DNA of 64,000 nt from Ramazzottius varieornatus. Taxonomy: Eukaryota; Animalia; Tardigrada. Shown here piece by piece: positions 35,221 to 52,568 of this stretch. The DNA lies in contig BDGG01000001.1 in the NCBI GenBank assembly GCA_001949185.1, positions 634,128 through 698,127 on the forward strand, read 5' to 3'. Below the pieces are notes generated by a model that was not told the DNA's origin, searched no databases, and was given only the letters and a program-made list of their open reading frames with translations. Each line of letters begins with the position of its first letter. The stretch's first letter is position 1. The translations under genes and the position numbers were made by a program.

Positions 35221-37214
35221 TCATTCGGTAAAGTCAAGCTTCCAGTTGAGATATCGTTGTGGCCAAGGAAGTGGCCAGTTGAAGCGAACTGGAAGCTTTC
35301 CTTCCGGGACATTCTCTTCAAAGTACGCCAGTAACCGAAAGAACCACAACCGTGCTAGATGATTGTTCTGAGAATTCGTCTGCAAATAAACAACACGAGT
35401 CGACCGACTTCGCTTTTACAAAATCCCAGAACACAGTAAGAGATGATGAAATAGGTCTGATGAACGAAAAAGCAAGAACTAGAAGTCGATGCACGCTTGG
35501 TCTTCATCACAAGTGACGCACATTTTCATTGTGACTGGGGAAGAGCGTGCGCCACTTGGGAAAACGGTCTGCGCTAATTCATTTCCCGGCGTCCCAAAAC
35601 TGAAGGTTCGGGATGAGAAATTGGAGAAAGTTCTACGATGATTTTATTTGTCTTACCTTGAGGACAGAATATGCTGCTATGGTGTGATAGGTGTGGAAAA
35701 CGGCAGTTGTGACACAGTAGGCGATGATCACGTCGACCGTGTAATGTCCACGGGATATCGTCACCAGGATGACACCCATTGCAGCGCAGGTGAAGAACAC
35801 CGCTCGCAAGCCCTTCACTAACCACCCCTTCCTTGGTAAATCTGCAACATATATGTGTAAGAACTTCTTTTGTTTTGTAAACCAGAAAGTGACCAGAGGA
35901 AACTTGCATTCGTGGTAGAGAAGCGAGCAAAGGACCAGCATGCAGGTGTGGCCACTGTAGATGTAGTCGCCACAGAAAATGTGCTTCCCATTGACTGATA
36001 ACCCGAATCCTGTCATCAAGGTCCACGCTCTGAAGAGTATCGTTGTCGGACCCGTAATATTCATCTGTAAGAGAAGTTACTGTCAATACGAAATAACCAA
36101 AATCATCCAACGCGAAACCATCTCGTCAACGTTCAGTTCCTCTTCGACCTCGAGTTTTTACCCGAAACTTTACAAAGATAAACCGAAGAAGCCTACCTTG
36201 GGAGCACAAAAGTAGTTGGTATTCGCTACAGGAACTGCAGTGACCAACATTGTGACAGCTCGACCCAAGTAGAGAATTCCCACGATGGTGAATATCCGTC
36301 GGAAGAGAATCCAACTGCAAAAACACAACAATCTACATTACTTATACCGCAACACGCGGCCATTCACAGGCACCGTAGCCACTAACTGTCACGTGGTCGA
36401 CAACCGTTAATACGAAACCGGATCACCGTTGCGACACATCAAGATTCAAAACAACCCACGATATCTGAGCAAGCGAATTGATTGCTCAGTCTTGATTTTC
36501 TTGATGATAAAATAATCCATTCACAAGTGGTTATATCGCCACACTCTTATCGATCGGCTGTCAACAAATCCAGGTACCACTTTTCACAGGTTGAATAATT
36601 CACCACAAGGACGAAGAAGAAACGTACCGGAATCGATGGAAGGCCGCCATGGCGATGACAGGATAAACGCAGACCATAATGAGGTATTCCGAGATGGCCA
36701 GCCCCAAATCCCACTGTGGGACTATACTGAAGATGACATCGGGCAAGGGTGGACCTTCCGGGCGACGATCGTGGACGGTAGCTAGGGCCAGCGTCGTACA
36801 GAAGAGACATGTAGCCAGAAAGACAAAGGCCAACAGAGTCTTCAAGCGTTCTTCGGGATAAAGTTTGGAGGGACGAAAGTCATCGGTGGAGGAAGTGGAC
36901 AATTGACGCGAATGGCCTCCATTGAGGGAGACGAGTTTACTCTCGGGAGTATCATTCCTTGTGGAGGGCTCGTTCTCAAAGTCGATCACCACGTTTCTGA
37001 AGCAGGACGACAGGTTGTCTTCGAGCTTAATCAGGAATTCTGAGCTGTCTGAGCCGTTTTCTGACTCGACTAAGAGTGAAGGCGACGAGGCGGAATTGTG
37101 CAGTAGCTTGGTTGCGTTGTCTTCCAGGTTGGCCAGCGGAATGTACAAAGCTGAGGATGTAACGTGGTTGTCGCGACTGCTATTGCGACTGTGAAAGCCC
37201 GAGCAGGAGCCCAT
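35221..37214 (-). CDS. Sphingomyelin synthase family protein, paralog B
   Basis: Motifs PPLPDVIF, LFRRIFTIVGILYLGRAVTMLVTAVP, CGDYIYSGHT, SRGHYTVDVIIAY and LWFFRLLAYFEENVP, ending ...KLDFTE*. Same exon layout as paralog A. First in-frame ATG (MGSCSG) is at 37214. Confidence 0.92.
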
Positions 37215-38930
37215 GGAGGAAGGACGATGTAAGAACCGCCCGACCGCCCGTGAGTTCTCCTCGAGAGTGTGGACGCTCACATGGACTGCTCGCCAACCTC
37301 TACCGATCAGGCCGTGTCCCAGGCGCCAACAGAAGACTCGGCGGTTGAACCATTCAGGCGCAGCAGCTAACGGTGTCGCGGACAGCGCTGGACTCCTTGT
37401 TCGAGGGGATCACTAGAAGAGAAATAACATACGATGATATCATTCTATAAACTAGAAGATGGTCATGTTGCTGTGCCCGTCACGGCTCACGGAGTCATGG
37501 ATGGCTCGGCCAGTAAACGCAGCACTTATGGGGATGATCAATCGATGAAAAGAACGAGTACATCAGAGTCATTGGAGAATAATTCACGACGCTGCTAACA
37601 AGTTCAGCGGAGACTGAGAATGTTGTGGACACATGCACTGGCAGAAAAAATGCGAAGGTGAAAAACAAACTGACGCTGTGTTAGTAACGTCAGGATTCCG
37701 GGCTCGAACTGTAGGCACCATCTAGCTGTTGTTCCCAGTTACGTCTTGAGTAGTTTGGTTTGTATTCCGTTTTGATACGGTAGAAAAGCACGGTAGCCAT
37801 GGCTTTCAGTCAAGTCAAACCGGTGGTAGCCATTTCGATGCGAGCTGTGTGTACGCAGGCGCGTGCACGTTACCTGGGTCTAAGAAGGCGGAGGTACGAT
37901 GAAGTTCAATACAAACTATGCGCACTGCACTGTTCTGGCAACCAATCGAAGTCCGTGCAGGCCGTACAGTAAACGCCTGATAGGTGAGCCCTTACCTACT
38001 AGCTGACGTAATGGCGAAATATCCCAAATCGATAATCAATAACAATCAACCTAATTCGGCAATGTCTGCCTCTGTGCGTGCTCTTTGCAAAGCGTAAAGA
38101 AGGTCCGGGACATGCCTGGCACAAAAACGCAAGAACCCTGGGCATGAGATACGGTTCGAGTCTTTCCGTTACCAAAAGTGGAGGGACCAGGCACGTGATG
38201 CCTTCGAGTTTGCTTACACTTTAACGTGGCCATTATGTCGTTGCTTCGTCTGTTTTTGTCGCTGAAAAATGTACACTGAAAAGAACTTTTTCTTCACGGT
38301 GAGCCTGAGAACGTCAATAAGAAAGCCGCATGCAATTGTGACAGCGAGAAGAACCAGATTACGGTACGATCATGAGTCGTGAAACCTTCCATCAGAATAA
38401 ATTTGCGGCATTGGTTCTTGCCTCGAGGCACTCAGCGCGTTTTCTGATTACCTAAGCGCTTTTTGTGATTAGTACAGCTACTCTTTACCTTGGCCGTGGT
38501 ATGAGCTGGTGAATAGTTCGTCGAAGACAGAAAAATCGGTCAATAAATACATACTGTACTCTGGCCTTCTCGCCAGCTTTTTCTATAATAGGTCAACTTA
38601 TGGCTGACACCGTTTTTGTACCTGTCAAGCTTCAGTTGACCCTCCTATGTTTACCCGCTCCAACAATAGCCTTCCGACAATCCACTGACGTCAACGTCCG
38701 ACAAGAGAGATCACAAAAAGCAAAGAAGGAAAGGAGTATAATGGGTTTCCGACGTCGCACTGAACAAGCAAGTCCCAGCAGAGACCTCCGTATTCTTTGG
38801 TCCTAGTACACTCTCTCAGTACAAACATGACCAGTGGCCCTCCGGTCTTCCGAAAAACGGGTAAAACTTCCTGGATCCATCTAGCAACATTTCGGAAGGC
38901 CACAAAGGGAAGCACGGCAAACAAACTCAA

Positions 38931-39087
38931 CAAGATCGGTTTTCCAATTAGCGCACGCTTCTAGCCCGTACCACTGACAAAATGATCCACTTGCAAAACG
39001 GACACCGGCAAGATCGTGTTCTCAATTGGCGCACGTTTTCATCTTAAACACTGAGGACGTGCGCCACTTGAGAGGACAATATTGCAG
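38931..39087. repeat. Two copies of the AAGTGGCGCA-N27-TGCGCCACTT element (between the VCP 3' end and SMS-B)
   Basis: caagatcg...aattggcgcacg-[26 nt]-tgcgccacttgag, plus a degenerate upstream copy. Confidence 0.7.
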
Positions 39088-39568
39088 GGCTCCTTTGCCA
39101 CCTCCCAGTGCTTCGCCATCCGATGGACTCATTCGATCGTCACGATAAAGTGAAGCATTCTCGCTTCATCGACCCAGAATTGCTACAGGTTTTTTTCGAT
39201 GAAAGGTTGGACTTTGGCCCTGGTCAAGCCTTCCTTCGGGCAATTTCCCTTTGTGTGCTAGTATGGCGACAGCTTTCCGTACTGACTTCACAACATCGAC
39301 GAGCTTTCGCTAGGCAAATTTATTGTTTCAAATCAAGATTACTAACTCGTGATGATCAATCGAAGCAGTATGACTGACACAAACCGACCATAATCAATAT
39401 AAAATGCTCACATTGAAGATTAAAAAAGAAAACAGTCTGTAGTGTACGTATTCTCAACTATCGTCGTTTTAACCATCGGTTACGTATCGCAAAGGGAAAT
39501 AAGAAAAAACAGAGAAAAGTCCAACGACGGTTGACAGTACGAAAACGCAAAATGAAGAAAGGCAATTT

Positions 39569-44049
<4,481 letters not shown>

Positions 44050-45227
44050 AATCTGACTGGAGCGTTCCCTGTTCAACGAGGCAAATGTACAACACGAAAG
44101 AAGTACGACAAGAGCTGTTCTCCGATTCTTCTCTCTCAAACTTCACAGGTGAGAAGAAAGTGAACGAAGGAATCCAGAAGGATCGTTGATGTCTTTTCGT
44201 GCTGTGGGAAGAAAGGAAAATATGGGAAAATCTGACCAGCTCAGCGTAGCAACCAGTGTGACTCTTTTGCCGTGTCATTCCACCTGCTGCAGCTTATAAC
44301 GGGGAGCGAGTCGACTCGATCTGCGACTGCGCGATGTACGTTTTCGCCGTACTGGACAATGGATGACTAAGGCGATTCCAGTCAGGCGACTTCGAGGACG
44401 CAGTCGCCATGACGTCAGCCACCTTCGTTTGCCTTGGCTCGGCGTCAGGCACATTTTCATCATGGAGGCCCATATGGAAACTCGTGGCTAAGTCTTACGC
44501 TACGGCCTACCACGAATTGCAACCAGCAGGTGGGAGCTTGTCATTGGCAAAGTAATGGACCGCCTTTTGCCATTGGAGTGAACTTTCCTGATGACACAGA
44601 AAATTCCCGTTCCATGAGACCGAGAGCGGTGAGATTGTAACCGAGAAAGTTGTAAAATGGATTACTGTCTGTTGAGGTCTGTCTCATGATTATATTTCTC
44701 ATCGCAGCAGAAAACGCGCAGTAGGCAGTAAGGATTTGATAACCTCTGGCACCAGCGTGCCGGTAAACAGGAAAAACATAATGCCATAAAAGATGAAATC
44801 GGCCGAGAACTCCACACTTAGAATCAGGAGCGGACGGATGGGAGCAAGAGGAGAAAACGAATGAGGAAAAACTTTTCCTGCATCGCGTTATGAACGAGGC
44901 GCGACAGTGGAACATTGCGAGCAGGAAGTCCAACAGATACTCAGATAAGGATTGAAACAGAAGCTATGCTACTGTACATACACAGGTGTCATTATAAACA
45001 GATTTTGGGATCTCAAAATCTTTCTCGTTCTTCGATGACCCATACTGAACCGCCGAACAAGACTGATGAATCGATAGAATACAGATGATTACAAAGTGCA
45101 AGAATAAAATACGGAGAGGAATTAAACACCGTAAATGCAAAATACACCACTGACTGTGTAACACTAACAGGCAATACTGTAACAAGGTGGATTTCGAAAG
45201 GAAATTAGCGTAAAACTACAAACCTTT

Positions 45228-47538
45228 TTATGGAGCGTCATCACCGGTAAGCACTCTGTTTCCGCTTGGTCGTGACCGATATCGTTCATTCCGTCGCGAA
45301 GAATCGTCGTTCCAGTCGGTAGTTATGGATCCATCTCCCATGACGGATATGACATTCTCCAGCGCAATCTTCCTAAACAGCGTATACGAGGACTGACCAC
45401 AGGCTGCCCGTTCCTCCACATTCATCATGCTCCACGGCTTGCCGATGCCGCAATAGTACGGTCCACTGGTGATGCCGGTCTTCTTTGAACTGACAGTGTA
45501 CCGTTCTTCAAGCCGCATGTAATACTGGGTGCGGAGAAAAGCGCCGGAGTAGACGTCGCCGCTGAGGAACTTTGGACTGCCTTCCTTCGAACTGGCATAG
45601 GTGAAGTGAACTTCGTCAAGGATCTCCAGAGGCTCGTTAACTCCACGGTCAAAGTTGTGGACTTGAAACTGCGGACCTTTGCAGTTCTCGGGTGCGTCGT
45701 CACAGGAATCGGCGGACTCGAAAGGGCGTGTTGCGTTGTGAACATACACTGGACACATTCCTGTAAACAAAAAAGATATGGTAGGGGCGTAAAATAATAG
45801 GTTTGTATGAAGAGTAATCCAGAGTAGTCAACGTTCTCACAAGAAAAGAAATTGGATACACAAAAACATTGCTTGTTCGGTACCGGTTAGAGGTAATTTG
45901 TTTTTATAACAGTGTTAATGTTTAGAATCTTTCGTGAACCTGCCGCAGTTCCGCAATCTATTTCGGGGAAGTTCGTCGTTGAGCTTTCGGCAGGAGTTAC
46001 GATCGAAATACACTATACCTTGCTTGCACCAGGTGGCTGTTTCGGCACAGTCGACACAAAGACCATTATGCATGGAACGGAGAGCCAGTGGGTAGTAATT
46101 ATTAGTCAGAAGAATATTCGGGTTACAACCTCCGCGACGCGTGCAGATTTTCCAGGTATCCTCCGCGCACTGGTTACCCGGAAGCTCCAACGGGTTGTCC
46201 CGGAAGCAAGGACGATAGTACAGGAAGTCCCGATTCCCCGCTGTACTGAGCCACATGGTGTTGCACATGTCCTTGCTGCAAAACTTGGCGTTCTCTCCAT
46301 TGCTTGCGAGGAACTGCAGACCGACGCGTTCGCCAACATGGACCAGGAACTCGGCGTATCGGTCACTCTGACAGGCATCAAGCAGACAGTATCGCTTAAA
46401 CAGCAGCTTGCGAAAGTCTTGGAGGACATCTCTCCAGTATTCTTGCCACTTATGCCGAGCAGTGATGCGTGCCGACTTCAGGAACCCAAAGGCGTAATCG
46501 ATGCAGTTGTTATTGTCGTTGGCCGCGCACTTTGATAAGGGCTCATCGTACTCGTTCAGGCGTTTGGCGTTAACCTGGTTGGAAAAGCCAAGCTGGTTGT
46601 TATCCAGTTTGTAGGCGTCGAAAACGATGTTGTCGGCCATTTTCTTCGACATGAACCTGTAAAAAACAAGTGTCAGATAAAATTGCTGACATATAATGGA
46701 AGATTCAACTTCAGTCTGCAAAATCGGCCGCCACCAACTGGACGAAATTACGGTCTCGCCGTTTATCTGTGCGGGACTGAAAAATTTCGCTCTTCGATCT
46801 GTTATTCAATTTTCTTATAGGCATTCGGCACTTCGCTGTTGTTCGACTATAGCCTTCAAATTTTTTCCATGCCTTTTATGTACAGTACAAAGTATTGACG
46901 TACCGAATGAACCAGTAGGAATATTTGGACAGGGCGTAACAATCTCTCGCCAGGACATCTTTCCACTTGCTGACTTCTCTTGCATCTCCAACCATGCGGT
47001 AGAAATTAATCAGCTCTGCCTGCACGCCCAACAAGATCAGCGTATACTCACGGAAGTACAGTGAACCCTTTTCAATGTCCATAACCTGGAGAAAAGTCCC
47101 GAAAAAGTATGACACATTGAGATGGATATCATGCAACGATTTTCCCAGCTGTGGCGATTGCGCATCAAATTGCGTCATGTTGATGGCGATGTCGATAGCA
47201 GGCCGGAAGCCACTCAAAATATTGGAGAAATTCCGCCGCTGTTCCGGCGCAACTTGCCCATGGATTTCCTCGTCAAAACAATACATATTTTCAGCTGAGA
47301 CATCGTGTGAGGGCCATACTGACTGTGACACGGCTTGGAGGACCTCACCCGGTCTTTTGGGCTCACCGTCGACATAACGATTGATTGTGGCGATGACGCT
47401 GGCGAATGTCGCCTTTGTGCTTGGGTGATCACGCCAACAGCCTAAAATTCCATAACTAATGTCAGCCCTTGCGATATGAACCAGGAAGCTGGCAAAGATA
47501 AGTCCGGAAAACATCATGCAGATATTAGAAGCTTTCAT
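45228..47538 (-). CDS. Uncharacterised secreted Cys-rich protein (~600 aa, 3 exons) with a possible Cry/Endotoxin_N-like helical N-terminal domain
   Basis: Signal-peptide-like MKASNICMMFSGLIFASFLVHIARA. Three long ORFs join in phase via GT-AG introns (FIR|FMSKK at ~46903/46657 and WCKQG|MCP at 46019/45760). The domain assignment is by eye only. Confidence 0.7.
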
Positions 47539-48364
47539 ATTTTGTCGAATCAGAATGAAGGGAACTCAAAACTCGACCTCATTTGTGTCAGAAACGTCAA
47601 GAAGTAAAGGGAGAACGCACACGCTATTTCTGAGGACTGTTTTCATGGTAAACTGACAACAATGTTGTACACCACACGTTAATCCTCGGCATGCGCTGTC
47701 GACCTCAAATCTTGATACAGAAAGTTCGGGCTGGGCTCCTGAACTTTGATCTCCGGACAAACTTCTGGTTTATGAAAAAGACCAACTGAGCCAAGATCCA
47801 TACTTGAATTCGGATATCAAACTGATTAACCGGTGAAAGTTATCGATACAAACTTGAATGTTTGGGATATAACTACCCCGGACATGCGCGAGTAACCACA
47901 GCAAGGAAAATCACAGTTACGTATGTATCAATAGCTCGATTCTTTGTTAATGAAGGCTGAAACCATCAATTATGAAAAGCTGCCATTTCGAAGTATTGGC
48001 CCACTCGAACTCGTTGTCTCGATTGGATGAAGCGGTCTACCGCCTTTCCACGGACTAAAAAAGGGAGAAACGCCCAGAAACGCGATGAGGCCAACAACCG
48101 TGCAAGGACAAGACCCAAAATCACGGCAGTCCGCGAGTCCTTCGCGTTTCCTTTCCGCTACCGGTTGCGTTTCGTCTTCCTTCTCCGGCAGATGATTTGG
48201 TCACGTTCGGGGAGTTGCTGGACAGATCATCATCGACTGTACCCCTGGGTAATATTAGGTCCTGTAAAACTTGTCAAATTCAGTTCAAAACATCACCGCA
48301 GATTCAAAACGAAGAATCTTTCCGTGATCTCTATCACTCTCATATGGAAAAAACTTTACAAGTA

Positions 48365-48542
48365 CACGCACGATGGATAATTATGGGACAGCCGTTCCGC
48401 CACGGCGGTACGGTAACACGTACGTACTCGACCGATTCACACTAATGCACTTTTCAACACTTTTCTACGGTTGAATTTGCATTTTGCCGTCCTTTCGCCT
48501 GTCCCATAATTTTCGCTGTCCCGTAATTACCCATCGTGCGTG
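48365..48542. mobile_element. TA-flanked MITE (Tc1/mariner-type), 178 bp
   Basis: TA|CACGCACGATGGATAATTATGGGACAG...CTGTCCCGTAATTACCCATCGTGCGTG|TA. Confidence 0.8.
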
Positions 48543-48655
48543 TACCCGAAGTGAAGTTGACCACAGCTGGATTGGAATACGTTCTTCCGAAAATTTTGCA
48601 GAGCTCGACGGCGTGTGTTGTATCCGGGAGAAAAACCTGCACTAATCGATGGGTA

Positions 48656-48993
48656 CGAGATAAAACTAGCGGACTTGTCCATGTGCAATCGCATGGGGTA
48701 CTTGTCCACCCCAGATCTGCTCTTCCGCTGATCAGATTTTGATTTTTATGGTTTATTCGATAGGAAAAACCCCTATCTATTTGTCAAACATGGTGGACAG
48801 GAAAGAAGAGCGGATTTGTTGAGAAACATCCGCTGAGAAGAGGGACGGCCAACGCAATGTTAAAAGGCCTGTTTTTTGAAAAATTAGCTGATTTTAATCA
48901 ATCAAGTTACGATACGCGTGCATGTGCAAACTTTACAGGGTGGACAACTTCACCATGCGATTTTACATGGACAAGTATGCTATTTTTACCCCG
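48656..48993. mobile_element. TA-flanked MITE with ~55-bp imperfect TIRs, 338 bp
   Basis: TA|CGAGATAAAACTAGCGGACTTGTCCATGTGCAATCGCATGG...CCATGCGATTTTACATGGACAAGTATGCTATTTTTACCCCG|TA. Confidence 0.7.
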
Positions 48994-50808
48994 TAGTGCC
49001 ATTCGCTATCTTTTCTGAGATGAAAAATGTCGAGTTGATCAGTGAACAAGGTCTGAAGCCGGCGGCCTTGCCTTTTCCGGGGTTTTCCCAAGATAAGGAA
49101 GACAGAGTGACAGACTTGCGGTCAGTGTCATGATTTGTGCGTCCTATGGAGGATCGGGACCTGACAAGCACAGAACGCATCAATCGAATTCATTCTTTGT
49201 CGTCTTTAGCATCTCGTCAACTTTTACAAGTTGGTTTGTACATACTATTCAGTTTCTAGCTTACCTGTGTGGCGATGATGGTAGAACGATAGTTTCCCGC
49301 TCACGAAGAAGGTCACAAGACAATAGGCTAATGGATCCAGCCCAGCAAGCCAAATCCCCTGGTGAAGTTGGAAAAGTACGACACGGGGCGTTCCGCGACA
49401 GGGCCACCGATCTCAGGAGAGCTCACAGTTATGCTATACGAATCGTTTTGAGCCGGGTGTGGTATCCGCAGGGGAAATCGAACTACGACGGACGCGGGGA
49501 ACACGGCCTACGAAAATTCGGAAACCTGATCATCTAACACCGAATGGGCGTAGACGGATGACGAGAAGGAGAGACATTATTTTCGTCGACAGAAGCCAGT
49601 ACCATAAGAGCCGCAATGCACAAGAATTTTCCAAAAATCAGTGCCATCAGTCCGGTGAATAGATTTCAAATCTTCCACACATCGCTTCAAAGATCTTCAC
49701 AACCTGCAGCCTGTCTCTGCAATACAGCTCTCAAACTAAGCACGGCAGGGATACTATTCGCAGAGAGACTAGAGGGGGTAGAGGAACGCGTACGTACGTC
49801 AACCCTGTCTTCCAATGATAAAGTCACATTGCCGGACTAGCTTCCATTAAACGTCGAGGTCAAAGGGATGACCTCCGATGACCTTCAGCTGCGTGGACAA
49901 AGCGACAGTTCGGCCCAACCTGACAGACCGAGCCGCTGCGCATTAACTGACTTCTAAATGGAATCACGTGCGAAGGATCTGACAGAACTGTACCCTACCT
50001 GGAGCGTCTCCCTTTCTATTTTTTTTCCGTAGAACGCATTGCAGGTTTCAGGTTTGGAACCAGCTAGCGACGGAGGGAGACTGTCACCGGAACATCAACG
50101 CTGAACAGCCTTATCCTTGCTGACGAAAGAGCCAGCTGATGGACATTCCGGAACCAAGAAATTTCGTGCTCAAACGAAGCTTCGTAATTCCCTCTTCCTG
50201 CCGCTTTCCTCCTTGCCACCTGTGAACGCTTGGATCTCGGGTGGACGTACGCCGTGCAGTGTACCGTTGAGTTTTCACGTTCCATATCATCGTGCTTGGA
50301 GGCTGTATACCAACCGTAATGTAACCGACTCTGCCGGGGCATAGCCTCTGTGCGCATCAGACCAGTGGTAATGCTCGTTGGTAGTGGTAAGTGCCTCTAC
50401 GGCTTCCATGTTTTGCGGCTCTACTGCATACACAGCGGCTTCTCTACCCCATCTAGTCTCTCTGCTATTCGGATATTTCCCAACTGCTGCTTGCAACGTG
50501 TCCTCTATCGATCGAAACTACTTACCTGATAGATTCAACGTGCCATTTTTATCGTGTGGAAGATCTGGACATTTCGTTCACCCTGGACTTTTTCATTCCC
50601 AAAGAAAGGTGACGCCACCTGAAAACCAATTTTCCTTTTATCTCCTCTGTCTAAAATTTTTGAGAAAGTTTTAGCTATGTTTGTCGACCACGAAAAAGTT
50701 CATTTTCAAGTCGAAGAGATCCACAGAAACGTAGCTACTCCATTTGAGCCATCGCTGGTCGCTGGGCTTGTCGAAGAAAAGGGAAGTGGAAGCAGTGACT
50801 TGTAAGAA

Positions 50809-51004
50809 GTGATGGCCGTCTACCTGCGTGGCAGGACTCGAAGTGTAACCGTTGGAGGTTACTACAGTGCGGACAGTGAAGTCCGGTCAGGCGTTCCGCA
50901 AGGTTCCGTTCTAAGCCCACGGTTCTTCGTCGTGGCGGTCAACAAGCTCGACTTAGATAAATGCGAGCTGTACCAGTACGCTGACGAACTGGTGGCCACT
51001 TCTT
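50809..51004 (+). mobile_element. Non-LTR retrotransposon (LINE) reverse-transcriptase fragment
   Basis: YLRGRTRSVTVG...SGVPQGSVLSP...YADE matches the RT motifs GVPQGSVLGP and YADD. Truncated on both sides. Confidence 0.85.
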
Positions 51005-51659
51005 AATCCTCACTTCTTTACTACGTCACTGACAGCGCAGAATAGCAAGTAGTGTGCGGTCAACTTTGAATTTACCTTTGTTGATTCAAGCAAACGTAGA
51101 AAAACACCCAAGATGCCGCTTTACAGCACAGGCAGAGTGTCACGTGTTGTTAGAATGACTTGCACATTTGCGACTTGCTGAACGCAAACCACCAACTGAA
51201 GCGTTTCAGCCCGTAAAATCTTGCTTGTGTGACGTAGTAGAGAAGTGAGGATTGTTGCTGTATTACTGTGCACGTGAACGTCTGACCGTTACCGCAAGTC
51301 CGATCGAACGTTCCCGACCAGCGAGCATTCATACTCCATAGACGACGATTTGGCGCGGATTGGTTTGGTCAGTGGATTCTGTTTACCTGGTCCAGTAGGA
51401 TTTATGGCAAGCACACGGAACTCGTACACACACCTGACCTAAATGTGGGCATGGAAAAAAAGGTGGGCCACGGAGCGAATGTGACACGGGTCAGTAGAAG
51501 TCGGCCAATCAATCAAATATTCGGAGCAGCACCGCCGCGCTCCGTGGCCCACATTTAGTTCAGATGCGTATACCATCCACCTCATTTTACCCCAGTAGGC
51601 TTGATCGGAGCTGATCCAGGCCATAGTTCCTTAGCGGTACCCAGTTGTTGGAGAACTTG

Positions 51660-51860
51660 TCTTTTATCAGCAGTGATGCGTGCGGACTTCAGGAACCCAA
51701 AGGCGCAATCGGAGCAGCTTTTGTTATCGTTGGCCGCACAGTTTGATGAGGGCTCGTCATGTTCATTCGAAGATTGGATCGAATCGAAGGAGAAGGAGCT
51801 CGTCTATTTAATTCGAACATTTCGTGATCGACATGTTGCCCCTCATCTTCTTTGACATGA
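51660..51860 (-). pseudogene. Decayed partial copy of exon 2 of the 45228-47538 gene
   Basis: NEHDEPSSNCAANDNKSCSDCAFGFLKSARITA versus NEYDEPLSKCAANDNNNCIDYAFGFLKSARITA, with clear DNA similarity to 46457-46560. The upstream MSKKM segment is separated from it by a stop codon. Confidence 0.8.
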
Positions 51861-52568
51861 GAGGTCCATTCCCATCCTACCGGTTCATGAAACTGCTACA
51901 GATTCCCACGAGTCCCAACGCAGACCCGGAAGCAGGAAAAAGCAAGTTATACTTTGTCACTTTTCTTAGACGGTCGAAAACGCTGTTCTTAATGTCGCCG
52001 TATAACTTGTTTGTTCTTTTCGCTGACATCGAACGGCTCGCGTTACTCGGTGGATTTTCGGTCGAAAAGTCTGTTTACACATGCACCTTGCAAAGAGCGC
52101 GCCTTCGATGCTTTGGGCTGTTCATGTTGTCCCGTTCGACCATAAAATCAATGTGAGTTTCTGGACACGATAAATTTCCTGGCGCAGGCCACGTATACTG
52201 CTAACGTTTATGGTAATCTCGAATCAGACGGGAAGAGTCAGCTGGGAAATTCCTCCAATCTCTTTAAGATGCCTCGTATGACCGGTGTCGGAAATTTGCA
52301 GCAGACTATTGCACTCGAGTGAATTAAATTCATTACCTCATGACCGTGCAACACAGGTTCGGATATTATGGCGCCCTGCGTAATAATGCGTAATTTTTCG
52401 GTACGTTTGACGATGTTTTCAGCACAGATATTGGTGGCCTCTTTTCGACATGCACAAATTATGGCTGAACTTGCTAGTGTTGGCTCTTGGCAAGAGGCGG
52501 ATTTTTTTGTGCGATGGAAGCGCCGTGTGCCCTGCATCTGACATCCCCGCTTTCACCACTGACCCTGC

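Noticed and set aside
44410-44419. TGACGTCA CRE-like site upstream of VCP
   Set aside because: This 8-mer occurs several times in the window, and function cannot be supported from sequence alone.
50040-50520. Faint aerolysin-like (minus) or GPCR-like (plus) peptide patterns
   Set aside because: Both readings need several stops or frameshifts and neither is convincing.
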